Source of the DNA: Fibrobacterales bacterium
Lineage (GTDB): Bacteria; Fibrobacterota; Fibrobacteria; Fibrobacterales; JAOPTW01
Direction: 5' to 3'
Assembly (NCBI GenBank): GCA_051532035.1
Contig: JAOPTW010000001.1
Span: forward strand, 29,041-93,040
DNA: 64,000 bases
Shown here: positions 37,392 to 46,040 of the stretch, piece by piece
Position numbering within the stretch: position 1 is the stretch's first letter
Layout of the letters: each line of letters starts with the position of its first letter
Position numbers and translations under genes: made by a program
The notes under the pieces: model-generated
Database searches by the model: none
What the model saw: the letters and a program-made list of their open reading frames with translations, nothing else
Told to the model about the DNA's origin: nothing

Positions 37392-38232
37392 AGAACCAAA
37401 TCCCCCAAAGAACCTTACTGATTTTCAACGGGATTTTAGTAAGAGCCTTACCACCCCCTATGATTTTTCAACGGGACGAGTTGAGCATCAGCATTCTTTA
37501 TATAAACCTTGTCTATTATCCCTTATTGAGACTCAAGGTGAACGAACCGCGGCAGAACATTTTGATGTATATAATCAACAGTATTGGTTCAGGTTATTTA
37601 CTGCAATGCAGAGTGATTTTCCTTTACTGAGACACACACTTTCTGCATGGGGGTTGAATCAGTTGGTTACCGTATATTTAACGAAATACCCTTCTGAACA
37701 CCCCTCTTTAAACCAACTCACTGATCATTTTTTAGAATTTATGAGTGAGGATCATTGCTGGAATACCCCACTAAATAGAGAGATAATAGCTATTGAGTCT
37801 GCATTTGTAACTGCTTTTTCGGCATTACAGGAGCCAGGGTTAATTCCTTTGAGTGAAGAAGAGCTGAGTTTGGTTGGAGGGGAACGACTATTATTTCAAA
37901 AACCCTTCACACTCCTTCATGAGTCATGGGATATTCTAGAGAATCGAGCATTGGTATTTAAGGATTCTGAAGATACTATTACTCCTCATTTTAAAAAAGT
38001 GAATGGGTGGTGGGCTCTCTATCAATATAATGATGTGCTCGATGTGATAAAACTGTCTGAAATAGAGTATGCTCTTCTACACCTTTTATACAAAGGTACT
38101 TCCTTAGAAAAAGCCTTAGCGGTTATTTTTGAATCATTAGAACCTCACGAGCAAAAACACTTACTAACTATGATTCCAATATGGTTTAAACGGTGGGTTT
38201 TCTGTGGACTCATTATTGGTCACTGTTCCTAA
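37384..38232 (+). CDS. DUF2063-like MNIO partner protein
   Basis: FQRDFSKSL, FDVYNQQYWFRL...DFP, YL.KYPS....L; likely TTG start at 37384 overlapping the DUF692 stop. Confidence 0.85.
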   Translation: MVKEPNPPKNLTDFQRDFSKSLTTPYDFSTGRVEHQHSLYKPCLLSLIETQGERTAAEHFDVYNQQYWFRLFTAMQSDFPLLRHTLSAWGLNQLVTVYLTKYPSEHPSLNQLTDHFLEFMSEDHCWNTPLNREIIAIESAFVTAFSALQEPGLIPLSEEELSLVGGERLLFQKPFTLLHESWDILENRALVFKDSEDTITPHFKKVNGWWALYQYNDVLDVIKLSEIEYALLHLLYKGTSLEKALAVIFESLEPHEQKHLLTMIPIWFKRWVFCGLIIGHCS

Positions 38233-38364
38233 ATTATAATCATTGATACTGGTAGTAAAAGTGTAGAGAATTTCTTTGTATTGTTATATGCTTTGGGGGA
38301 ATGTATTATCAATAAATACTTATAATCGGTGCGTAAGGGACCCTAATAATGGTATTATAAAGAG

Positions 38365-39456
38365 ATGAAAAGTAAACCACAATTACTCCATCAAATGCTG
38401 ATAATTATGTCGGTCTCAATTTTGGTTATAGTATTGATGCTATGGAATTCGGCATTGACAATGAGAGAACAGGCAATTGGGTCGGTCAAGAACGCAGTAG
38501 TACTTGCTGCTCAATCTATTTCATCGGAATTCCAAAGTACTGTTGCTCAAGTTGAACTCTATTCACAATTACACATGTTAAAAGAGATGGAGCCAAAGGC
38601 ATTTTTACCCTTCTTGAAAAGAGAGCTTAACCGACAAAAAGGACGCTATGAAAAATTTATTGTGGGTACGATTGATGGCCACTTCTATAATACCGCTGGG
38701 GGCAATCCCTCTGTAGGTTACCTTCGTACCTTTGATGATACAGCTCATGATGCACAGCCTAAGTCTATCGCAGGAAGAGACTATTGGAAATATACTGTAG
38801 GTGATAACGATTTTCATGTGACAAAGTCCATCATCTCAGAACCAATGATATCCTATACTACCGCTGCAAAACAGATTGTGATAGCTAGCTCAATAATTGA
38901 GGAACGTGGAATTGTGAGCGGAATGGTAGGGGTGAGTATCACTTGGCAACGAATTGAACAACTCTTCAAAAAACTATCAGGCTCTTATTTTAGTCAATAT
39001 AGCTGGGAACCAAAAATTGCAATAGTTTCTCGTAATGGCTCCTACTGGTATCATTGGGATAAAAATAAAACACTTAAGTTAAAACGAGATACAGCGGGAG
39101 CTCTCGTCTACGATGAGCATGGTCAAGTAATTACCGAATCGTTTTCACTCTATCAAGAAAAAAATCCGCGGATCAGAGATGAGCATAAGAGCATATTGTT
39201 TGACCGTAGCATCGGATATATTGAACTGAATGAGTCGTATGGTGAAGGAGAAAGAGTTGTTTTTTATGCACCAATTCAAGAAACGGGTTATACCCTGATG
39301 CTTGAAGTAGATAGTGAATTACTGCTCGAAGAGATTGACTATATTCAAGCTCTCTACATTCTTATCGTAATCCTCTGTTTGAGTACCATTATTGCAATCG
39401 TGATGAATGTGATTGCCGTAATGAAAAGAAAAGAGAGACCTGTGGTACAAAAATAG
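38365..39456 (+). CDS. Membrane-anchored Cache-domain protein without output domain
   Basis: TM1, SIAGRDYWK, IISEPMISYTT..QIVIA..I...G.VSGMVGVSI, TM2, then only about 10 residues. Confidence 0.75.
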   Translation: MKSKPQLLHQMLIIMSVSILVIVLMLWNSALTMREQAIGSVKNAVVLAAQSISSEFQSTVAQVELYSQLHMLKEMEPKAFLPFLKRELNRQKGRYEKFIVGTIDGHFYNTAGGNPSVGYLRTFDDTAHDAQPKSIAGRDYWKYTVGDNDFHVTKSIISEPMISYTTAAKQIVIASSIIEERGIVSGMVGVSITWQRIEQLFKKLSGSYFSQYSWEPKIAIVSRNGSYWYHWDKNKTLKLKRDTAGALVYDEHGQVITESFSLYQEKNPRIRDEHKSILFDRSIGYIELNESYGEGERVVFYAPIQETGYTLMLEVDSELLLEEIDYIQALYILIVILCLSTIIAIVMNVIAVMKRKERPVVQK

Positions 39457-39469
39457 TAATGTTGTAGAG

Positions 39470-40324
39470 CTATTCCGCTTTTGAGAGTTGCTGTATTTGC
39501 TCGCTAGGATCTAAATTAGCTACTTTTTGAATGACATCTCTTATAATCATACTCGCGAGAACATTCCCATATATTATTGTCATATGAGCAACCGAGCCAT
39601 TAATTTCTGCTTTCGTGTGACACCAGTCGTGAGCTTCAAAGGTTTCATCAGGGGCATCTTTAACGGTACTAGAACAGAAACAGTGATGTGTGCCGTCTTG
39701 TGAAGAGGTGTGGGTAATCTCTAAAGGGAATTCATCACTAAAGACACATTGGAAATCACCGGTAAATCCCCGTTGTCTGAGGCGCTTTCGCAACATTTTA
39801 CTTAGACCACAATGGCGAGTCTTCCAGATTGAGTCTTGTTTAATCTGGAGCGGGTCCATTTTATTACCTGCACCCATGGCAGAAAATAGAGTGGTATTAC
39901 TACTGCAGGCATGCTCAATAAGTGATACTTTAGGGCTTAAGCTGTCAATGGCATCAATAACGTAATCATAGCGTGATAAATTGAATGAATTACGGGTCGT
40001 ATCGTCATATTTTCCGTGAATAGTCTCAATAGTTGCTCGTGGATTTATTGTAAGAAGGCGATCTCTGAGCTCCATAACTTTAGAACGGCCAATGTTTTTT
40101 GACGTAGCTTGAAGTTGTCTGTTTATGTTGGTTATGCAGACAACATCGGAGTCTACAATTGTCAGGTGATGTATGCCAGAGCGTACGAGTGTTTCCGCAC
40201 ACCAACTTCCAACACCACCAACACCAAAAATGATGACATCAGTGGTATTGAGTGCTTGAATAGCAGTGCTCCCTGTAATGAGCTCTAATCTTTGAAAAAT
40301 AGGGTGAACTTTCATAAGGGGCAA
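39470..40324 (-). CDS. tcdA: ThiF family tRNA threonylcarbamoyladenosine dehydratase
   Basis: GVGGVGSW.AE.LVRSG, TNINRQ, DYVIDAIDS, MGAGNKMDP. Confidence 0.85.
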   Translation of the reverse strand: MPLMKVHPIFQRLELITGSTAIQALNTTDVIIFGVGGVGSWCAETLVRSGIHHLTIVDSDVVCITNINRQLQATSKNIGRSKVMELRDRLLTINPRATIETIHGKYDDTTRNSFNLSRYDYVIDAIDSLSPKVSLIEHACSSNTTLFSAMGAGNKMDPLQIKQDSIWKTRHCGLSKMLRKRLRQRGFTGDFQCVFSDEFPLEITHTSSQDGTHHCFCSSTVKDAPDETFEAHDWCHTKAEINGSVAHMTIIYGNVLASMIIRDVIQKVANLDPSEQIQQLSKAE

Positions 40325-40418
40325 ATATAGGAAAAGTGAGCAGGCCCTTCATGGAGAAATGAACGGAAAGAGTTGACTTTTCTAAAAAAATCAACTCTGG
40401 ATAAGGGGTGGCTCTAGC

Positions 40419-40910
40419 TTAGAACTCTTCTCTTGGATTTGTACTTTCTGCGTCTACATCCCAATGATCAGGTGCGCCTACAAAATCTCCAATATCTTCT
40501 AAAAGTCTACTATGCTTTTTCTCTTCATCAGCAAGGGCAGAAAAGAGCATCTTTAAATCTGAATCTTCAGTCTCTTCTGCTTGTTTTGTATAGAAATCAG
40601 CAGCTTCATCCTCTACTTTCGCAGCATTGTAATAGAGCTCTTTCTGTTTTTTATTGAGACCAAAGAGTTCATCACTTTTTTTGATTGTTTCAAAAACATT
40701 TTGAGCTTCATCAGCAAGGGAATCTTTTGGTTTTGACGGCACTGAAACTTTATTCTGTAGCTCTTTAATAATACGATAATGCTCAATCTCTTCGTCGGCA
40801 AGCATAGTAAATATTTTTTTAAAACCGGGAGTGGTACTTTTCTCAGCTAAATCACGATAAAAGAGTTCACCATCTTTCTCCATTTTAAGAGCAAATTCGA
40901 AGATATCCAT
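40419..40910 (-). CDS. Rubrerythrin/ferritin-like di-iron protein
   Basis: EKDGELFY...LADEEIEH and EDEAADFY...LADEEKKH. Confidence 0.88.
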   Translation of the reverse strand: MDIFEFALKMEKDGELFYRDLAEKSTTPGFKKIFTMLADEEIEHYRIIKELQNKVSVPSKPKDSLADEAQNVFETIKKSDELFGLNKKQKELYYNAAKVEDEAADFYTKQAEETEDSDLKMLFSALADEEKKHSRLLEDIGDFVGAPDHWDVDAESTNPREEF

Positions 40911-41072
40911 TAGGTTTCCTTGTATTAGGTAGGGTAGTGTTTTGAAAATGCTAGAAATTTTTAAGATGTTTTGACGAATAACCGTTGCCTTTTGAGGATT
41001 CTTACCAGGTTTAAAATTCTTTTAAGTCTACAATGTTGTACTATCGGTCCAAAATGAATCAAACACATTTTT

Positions 41073-41106
41073 TTGTTTAGACAAAGGTTGTTTAAACAAC
41101 TATAAT
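41073..41106 (+). promoter_or_regulatory. Sigma70 promoter overlapped by tandem palindromic operators (probably MarR)
   Basis: TAGACA(41078)-N17-TATAAT(41101); perfect palindrome GTTGTTTAAACAAC at 41087-41100 and near-palindrome TTGTTTAGACAA at 41073-41084. Confidence 0.75.
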
Positions 41107-41135
41107 ATATGGAAGCCTTTAACTATGGATTACAA

Positions 41136-41384
41136 ATGTCAAAGCCAACAATAGCAGCCCGAAAACCAGTCATGGTAGAATTAGAAGCCGGGAAAACTTA
41201 TTTCTACTGTACCTGTGGCAAATCGGCAAGCCAACCTTTTTGCGATGGAACACACGCGGGGAGTGAATTTTCGCCTTTGGCATATACTGCTGAAGAAACG
41301 AAAAAGGCAGCACTCTGCGCATGTAAACACACTAAAAATGGCCCATTCTGTGATGGAGCCCATAGAGCACTAACAGAAGAGTAA
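41136..41384 (+). CDS. CDGSH iron-sulfur domain protein (two motifs)
   Basis: CTCGKSASQPFCDGTH and CACKHTKNGPFCDGAH; start 41136 fits the promoter position. Confidence 0.92.
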   Translation: MSKPTIAARKPVMVELEAGKTYFYCTCGKSASQPFCDGTHAGSEFSPLAYTAEETKKAALCACKHTKNGPFCDGAHRALTEE

Positions 41385-41401
41385 TTGAGATAAAGGATAG
41401 T

Positions 41402-41881
41402 ATGAGTATTGAAGAGGAGTTACGGCAGACTCAACCCCTACGATCAGTAGGGGAGTCACTAATTTTGAATGTGGTAAAAACTGCAGATCTATTAAAAGGG
41501 TATATGGATTCAGTCCTCAAATCTTACGACCTTTCTCAAACACAGTTTAACATTTTGAGAATCTGTAAAGGTTCTCGGGGGAAGGGTATCACATGTAGTG
41601 AAATATCTGATAGGTTACTGACTAAAGTTCCTGATGTTACCCGTCTTCTAGACAGAATGGAGAAGAAAGGATTGCTCTATCGTAAACGCTGCACTGCAGA
41701 TAGAAGAGTAATATGGGTATTTATATCAGATAGTGGAGAGAAGATTATAACAAAGGCTTCCCAGATGGTAGATAAAAACATTGATGCAGTAACCCTTCCG
41801 TTAGGGAACGAGGGGGTTTTGGCTGCAATTGCAGTACTTGAAAATTTACGGAACAATATAAACACAAAGGAGATAGTATGA
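41402..41881 (+). CDS. MarR family transcriptional regulator
   Basis: LSQTQFNILRI, DVTRLLDRMEKKGL, DRRV..V.IS..G. Confidence 0.93.
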   Translation: MSIEEELRQTQPLRSVGESLILNVVKTADLLKGYMDSVLKSYDLSQTQFNILRICKGSRGKGITCSEISDRLLTKVPDVTRLLDRMEKKGLLYRKRCTADRRVIWVFISDSGEKIITKASQMVDKNIDAVTLPLGNEGVLAAIAVLENLRNNINTKEIV

Positions 41882-42468
41882 AAAGTATACAAAAAATGAT
41901 AGGAATCTTATTGGTCGTTGGTTGTGTGGCTAGTTGGGCTGATACCTATAGTATTGACACTCAAAGTAGTGTTATGAGATGGGAAGGGAAAAAAGTAGTT
42001 GGGGGACATGATGGGGTCGTTAAAATTAAAGAAGGGATGGTGACCACAAATAAAGCCACGGTTGCAGGTACTATCATAATAGATATGCATTCTATAGAGA
42101 ATAGGGATCTTACGGACCCTACCTATAAAGCAAAACTTGAGGGGCATCTTAAAAATGCAGATTTTTTCGATGTTGAAACATACCCAACTGCTACATTTGT
42201 TATTACTAAGGCACGTGAAACCAAGCAAGGGTCGTATGTTCTTGATGGTGATTTAACCATCAAAGATAAGACACACCCTATTACTTTTGATGCTGTTGTA
42301 ACCCCAAAAGGGGCACATAAAAAATTGAATGCTCGGTTTTCTATTGATAGAACTAAATGGGGGGTCGTTTATAATTCAAAAGGTTTTTTTGATATTAAGA
42401 GTTTAGGTGATAAATTAATTCTTGATGAAATTAAGTTTGATCTCAATATAACTCTTATAAAAAAATAG
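41878..42468 (+). CDS. YceI family protein
   Basis: WEGKKV..GHDG, HLKNADFFDVETYPTATF, GDLTIK, IDRTKWGV. Confidence 0.93.
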   Translation: MKSIQKMIGILLVVGCVASWADTYSIDTQSSVMRWEGKKVVGGHDGVVKIKEGMVTTNKATVAGTIIIDMHSIENRDLTDPTYKAKLEGHLKNADFFDVETYPTATFVITKARETKQGSYVLDGDLTIKDKTHPITFDAVVTPKGAHKKLNARFSIDRTKWGVVYNSKGFFDIKSLGDKLILDEIKFDLNITLIKK

Positions 42469-42487
42469 GATGTAAAGAGTAAAGGTA

Positions 42488-42793
42488 CTAACCCTCAAGC
42501 TGAGGCTTGGGGCTGTACCAAGAAAGACGATAAATAATAGAGCCTGCAAGTGTTCCCCATGCGAGGTACCGAACTATTTCAAAGAGGGGTATTGATCCAA
42601 ACACAATATCACTTGCACCAATTTTTAGGCCATAGCTCGTAACTAATAAAATAAAGGTTATGACAGGGCCAATATATTTACGATCTTTTCTCTTTATATA
42701 AAGAATTGAAAAAACTGTTAAATGTACGATAAAGAGAATGAGAAGTGCAATGTTCCACATAGGTGACTCCGACTTGTTTTTTAAAATATACAT
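42488..42793 (-). CDS. Small hypothetical membrane protein
   Basis: Three hydrophobic segments. Confidence 0.55.
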   Translation of the reverse strand: MYILKNKSESPMWNIALLILFIVHLTVFSILYIKRKDRKYIGPVITFILLVTSYGLKIGASDIVFGSIPLFEIVRYLAWGTLAGSIIYRLSWYSPKPQLEG

Positions 42794-42870
42794 ACCATTT
42801 TACTGGGGTAGAATAAATGGTTAGGATTCTATAGCTTTCTCAACCCTTTTTACAACCTTGAAGCACTTAA

Positions 42871-43233
42871 TTATTGAGTAATTGAATAGCCTTTTAGTGT
42901 CTTGAGGTCAACAAACTCAAGTGCTGAGATATGAGTACCGTCAAGGTAGACTAAAGGAGCTCTTCCCGCATTAAATGCTTCTACCCAACGTTGTAGGCAG
43001 AGACACCAACGGTCTCCTGGTTTTAGACCTTGAAATTGCCATGCTGGTACTGGGGTTGATAAGTCGTTACCTACAGATGCACTAAAGTTTAAAAACTCGT
43101 CGTCAACCTGAACACAAACAGTATGCATCCCTGTGTCATCATAATGAGTATCACAACAACCTGTTCTAAAAAATCCAGTCATAGGTTCTATACTACACGA
43201 TTGTAGCTCTGTGCCAAGGACATTAAGTGCCAT
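42871..43233 (-). CDS. DUF2237 family protein
   Basis: NVLGTELQSCS..PMTGFFRTGCC, GNDLSTP, GLKPGDRWCLC..RW. Confidence 0.92.
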   Translation of the reverse strand: MALNVLGTELQSCSIEPMTGFFRTGCCDTHYDDTGMHTVCVQVDDEFLNFSASVGNDLSTPVPAWQFQGLKPGDRWCLCLQRWVEAFNAGRAPLVYLDGTHISALEFVDLKTLKGYSITQ

Positions 43234-43353
43234 AGAGTTATCCTTTATTAATTGAAAAAGAAAAAATATATTTTCTAGTAAGGATTATATGGATTCATAA
43301 GTATTCGTACAACTTAGCAACTGATTAGTATAGGATTGAACGTTTCTGTATCC

Positions 43354-43728
43354 TTAATTATTTGCTTCAACAAGGTTTCTGAGCTCCTTTTCAAGTAAAT
43401 GAATCTCTATAACAGGTTTATGGAAAAGCTTTTTAGATATGGTGTTGATCGTTAAGAAATCATCAGAAAGCTGATATTCAGGTGAACCGGTACAGAGGAG
43501 ACAGGGGATGTATTTGTTTTGCTTAATAAGCGTGCGGATAAAGTCTGGGCCTCCCATACCAGGGAGTCTGAGGTCGACAATTATACTCGATACTTCTGTC
43601 TGTTGAACGATTTCGAGAGCTTCTTCGGCAGAGGCTGCTTCAAAAATTTCCCATTCACAATCTTCAAAGTAGTCTACGAGACTTTGTCTTACTGCTTGAT
43701 CGTCATCTATAATAAGTACACTATACAT
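43354..43728 (-). CDS. Single-domain response regulator
   Basis: IIDDD, IVDLRLPGMGG, CTG, HKP. Confidence 0.9.
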   Translation of the reverse strand: MYSVLIIDDDQAVRQSLVDYFEDCEWEIFEAASAEEALEIVQQTEVSSIIVDLRLPGMGGPDFIRTLIKQNKYIPCLLCTGSPEYQLSDDFLTINTISKKLFHKPVIEIHLLEKELRNLVEANN

Positions 43729-46029
43729 TTATTGTCCATTTAAATGGGTGATTGGGAGCCGTATAACAAATGTTGATCCTGATTCTGGTTCAGAATCAAC
43801 AAACATTTCGCCATTGTGATTTTCTGATATAATAAAGTAGGAGACACTTAGGCCGAGGCCTGTACCCACACCAACAGCTTTAGTGGTATAGAATGGCTCG
43901 AAAATTCTTGAGCGTACTTCTTCTGAGATGCCAGGACCATTATCTTCAATTTCAATCTGCACGACATCAAGGTCAACGATATTTTTAAGTCGAATAATAA
44001 ATGTTGGTGATGGAGTATCGAGATCTGATGGTGCTAACTGAGAAAAATGTTCATACATTGCCTCTGCACCATTGCGGAGTATATTGAGAAGTACTTGCTG
44101 AATTTTTACCTCTTCACATTGCACTTGTGGAGTTGTGGCTTCATACTCTTTAATAATGTTGATGGTTTTAAAATCGTAAGATTTTTTAATGTCATAGTCG
44201 GTAGAGGCAAGTACAAGGGTTCTATCAAGGAGGGATGCCATATCGTGCAGTTCAAATTCATCATCAGTCTTACGGGCAAAACTGAGCATATTGCTCACAA
44301 TATGGGCTGCTCGTCCACCTGCCTCTTTGATAGAGGAGATCATTCGGTCTATTCCACGTTTATTGATATAATGCTGGAGTGCATCAAGGTCGATGTTGAA
44401 GGCTTTCGCAGCAATAATATTTCCAGAAAGTGTTTTATTGGTGAGTCTGTTTTCGAGGTTTATGGTATTTTGTATAATACCACCAAGAGGGTTGTTTATT
44501 TCATGAGCCATACCTGCGGCGAGCCCACCAACAGAAAGCATTTTTTCATTTTGCACTAAAAGTTCCTGTGAGTTTTTTCGTTCAGTAATGTCACGAGCAA
44601 TCTCAATAAGAAGGGTATCACTAATAGCTGTCGTACTGAGGAGTGCAGTACGTTTCGATCCATCAGGTTGAATAAACTCTACCTCACCCATGTCTATGGG
44701 AGCACTTGTTCCGATAGCTTTTTTGAGACGGTCTACTGCGTCTTTTGGAGATACATCTTGTATGGTAAGTGTTTTAAGTTCTTCGACTGATCGTGCGGTG
44801 AGTTGTTCTGCGGCACTGTTGGCATCAGTCAGGAGACCCGTGAGAGGATTTACCAAAAATACAGCATTATCTGAACGCTCAAAGAGGGTTCTATATATTT
44901 CATCACTTGTCTGGAGTGCTTCTTTAGTTTTAGTAAATTCAGAAATGTCACGAATTGAGGCTTGTATTGTCGTTTTTCCTTCTAGCTCAATTCGAGAAAG
45001 TATTATAGAACATTCAAATTCAGATGAGTTATTTCTGATATGTGTCCATTCAAAATAATGAGTTCCTTCTGAAAGAACTTTAGCAAAGTATGTATTAATA
45101 AGGGCATGAGAGCTTTCACCATTAGGTTGAAGCATAGGAGATAGGTCTACTGGACTTTTCCCAATGAGCTCATTTTTGTTTTTTATACCAAACATAGAAA
45201 TTGCAGTAGAGTTGCTATCAGTGATAATTCCTGAAGGCTCGATAAGGAAAATGGTATCTTTAGTGGATTCAAAAAAGGTTCGGTATTTTGATTCACTCGA
45301 TTTAAGACGGGCTTCAATCTGTGAACGTTCTACAATTTCTCTATTAAGGCTCGATATTTTTTCTTGAATATTATGTCGCATCGCCTGAAAGCGTCTTGCA
45401 AGGTGACCGATTTCATCGTTCTTATTCTGATACTTAAGTGAATTAAATTTACTTTCTGAATCGGAATCAATCGAGAGTGCAAGTGATTTAATTGGGCGAA
45501 TGACTGAATAAAAAAGTGTTATGGAGAGCGCAATAATAAAGAAGAGTACAACAAATAAAATAAAACGTAATTGCCCTAGGGCAGATTCAAGAATGTTCTT
45601 TTTTAAAAAATGATCGGTTAATTGGACAGAAACAGTGGCAACGTGTCTGCTTTTATATAATACAGGAAGGGTGTGTTTGTACTCTGTTTTTGGTACTGCC
45701 TGATTTAATGAGATAATTTTCCAAGTAAGATCGCGTCCTTTGCTGAGCATGATTGTATTTGATGAATCGTAATGAATACTGATAGTTGCTATGTTTTTGT
45801 TTTGCATTTCAGCAATAAGGGTATTTTGTAAAATATCAAAATCAATATCCCATACAGGTTTTGCAAGAGACTGACTCAGACGTGCTGTAATAGCTTCTAA
45901 CTCTTCTTTGAGCATATAGGTGTCAGACTCGATTTTACTCTGGTACCAATAGACAGTGGCGCCTGTGGTAAAAAGAGACACAACAATTATCATGAGCAGG
46001 TTGATTTTAATATTGAGTGAAAGGGTCAT
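43729..46029 (-). CDS. Sensor histidine kinase (HAMP, two PAS)
   Basis: Two TMs, DEIGHLA, AHEINNPL, N-box NILRNGAEA, DNGPG, GTGLGL. Confidence 0.93.
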   Translation of the reverse strand: MTLSLNIKINLLMIIVVSLFTTGATVYWYQSKIESDTYMLKEELEAITARLSQSLAKPVWDIDFDILQNTLIAEMQNKNIATISIHYDSSNTIMLSKGRDLTWKIISLNQAVPKTEYKHTLPVLYKSRHVATVSVQLTDHFLKKNILESALGQLRFILFVVLFFIIALSITLFYSVIRPIKSLALSIDSDSESKFNSLKYQNKNDEIGHLARRFQAMRHNIQEKISSLNREIVERSQIEARLKSSESKYRTFFESTKDTIFLIEPSGIITDSNSTAISMFGIKNKNELIGKSPVDLSPMLQPNGESSHALINTYFAKVLSEGTHYFEWTHIRNNSSEFECSIILSRIELEGKTTIQASIRDISEFTKTKEALQTSDEIYRTLFERSDNAVFLVNPLTGLLTDANSAAEQLTARSVEELKTLTIQDVSPKDAVDRLKKAIGTSAPIDMGEVEFIQPDGSKRTALLSTTAISDTLLIEIARDITERKNSQELLVQNEKMLSVGGLAAGMAHEINNPLGGIIQNTINLENRLTNKTLSGNIIAAKAFNIDLDALQHYINKRGIDRMISSIKEAGGRAAHIVSNMLSFARKTDDEFELHDMASLLDRTLVLASTDYDIKKSYDFKTINIIKEYEATTPQVQCEEVKIQQVLLNILRNGAEAMYEHFSQLAPSDLDTPSPTFIIRLKNIVDLDVVQIEIEDNGPGISEEVRSRIFEPFYTTKAVGVGTGLGLSVSYFIISENHNGEMFVDSEPESGSTFVIRLPITHLNGQ

Positions 46030-46040
46030 TATTGTCCTGC

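Noticed and set aside
39470..40324. ThiF enzyme as a RiPP tailoring enzyme of the MNIO cluster
   Set aside because: Motifs match housekeeping TcdA; it is on the opposite strand and separated by an unrelated gene.
44047..44559. 170 aa + strand ORF
   Set aside because: Antisense to a conserved histidine kinase core; no recognisable features.
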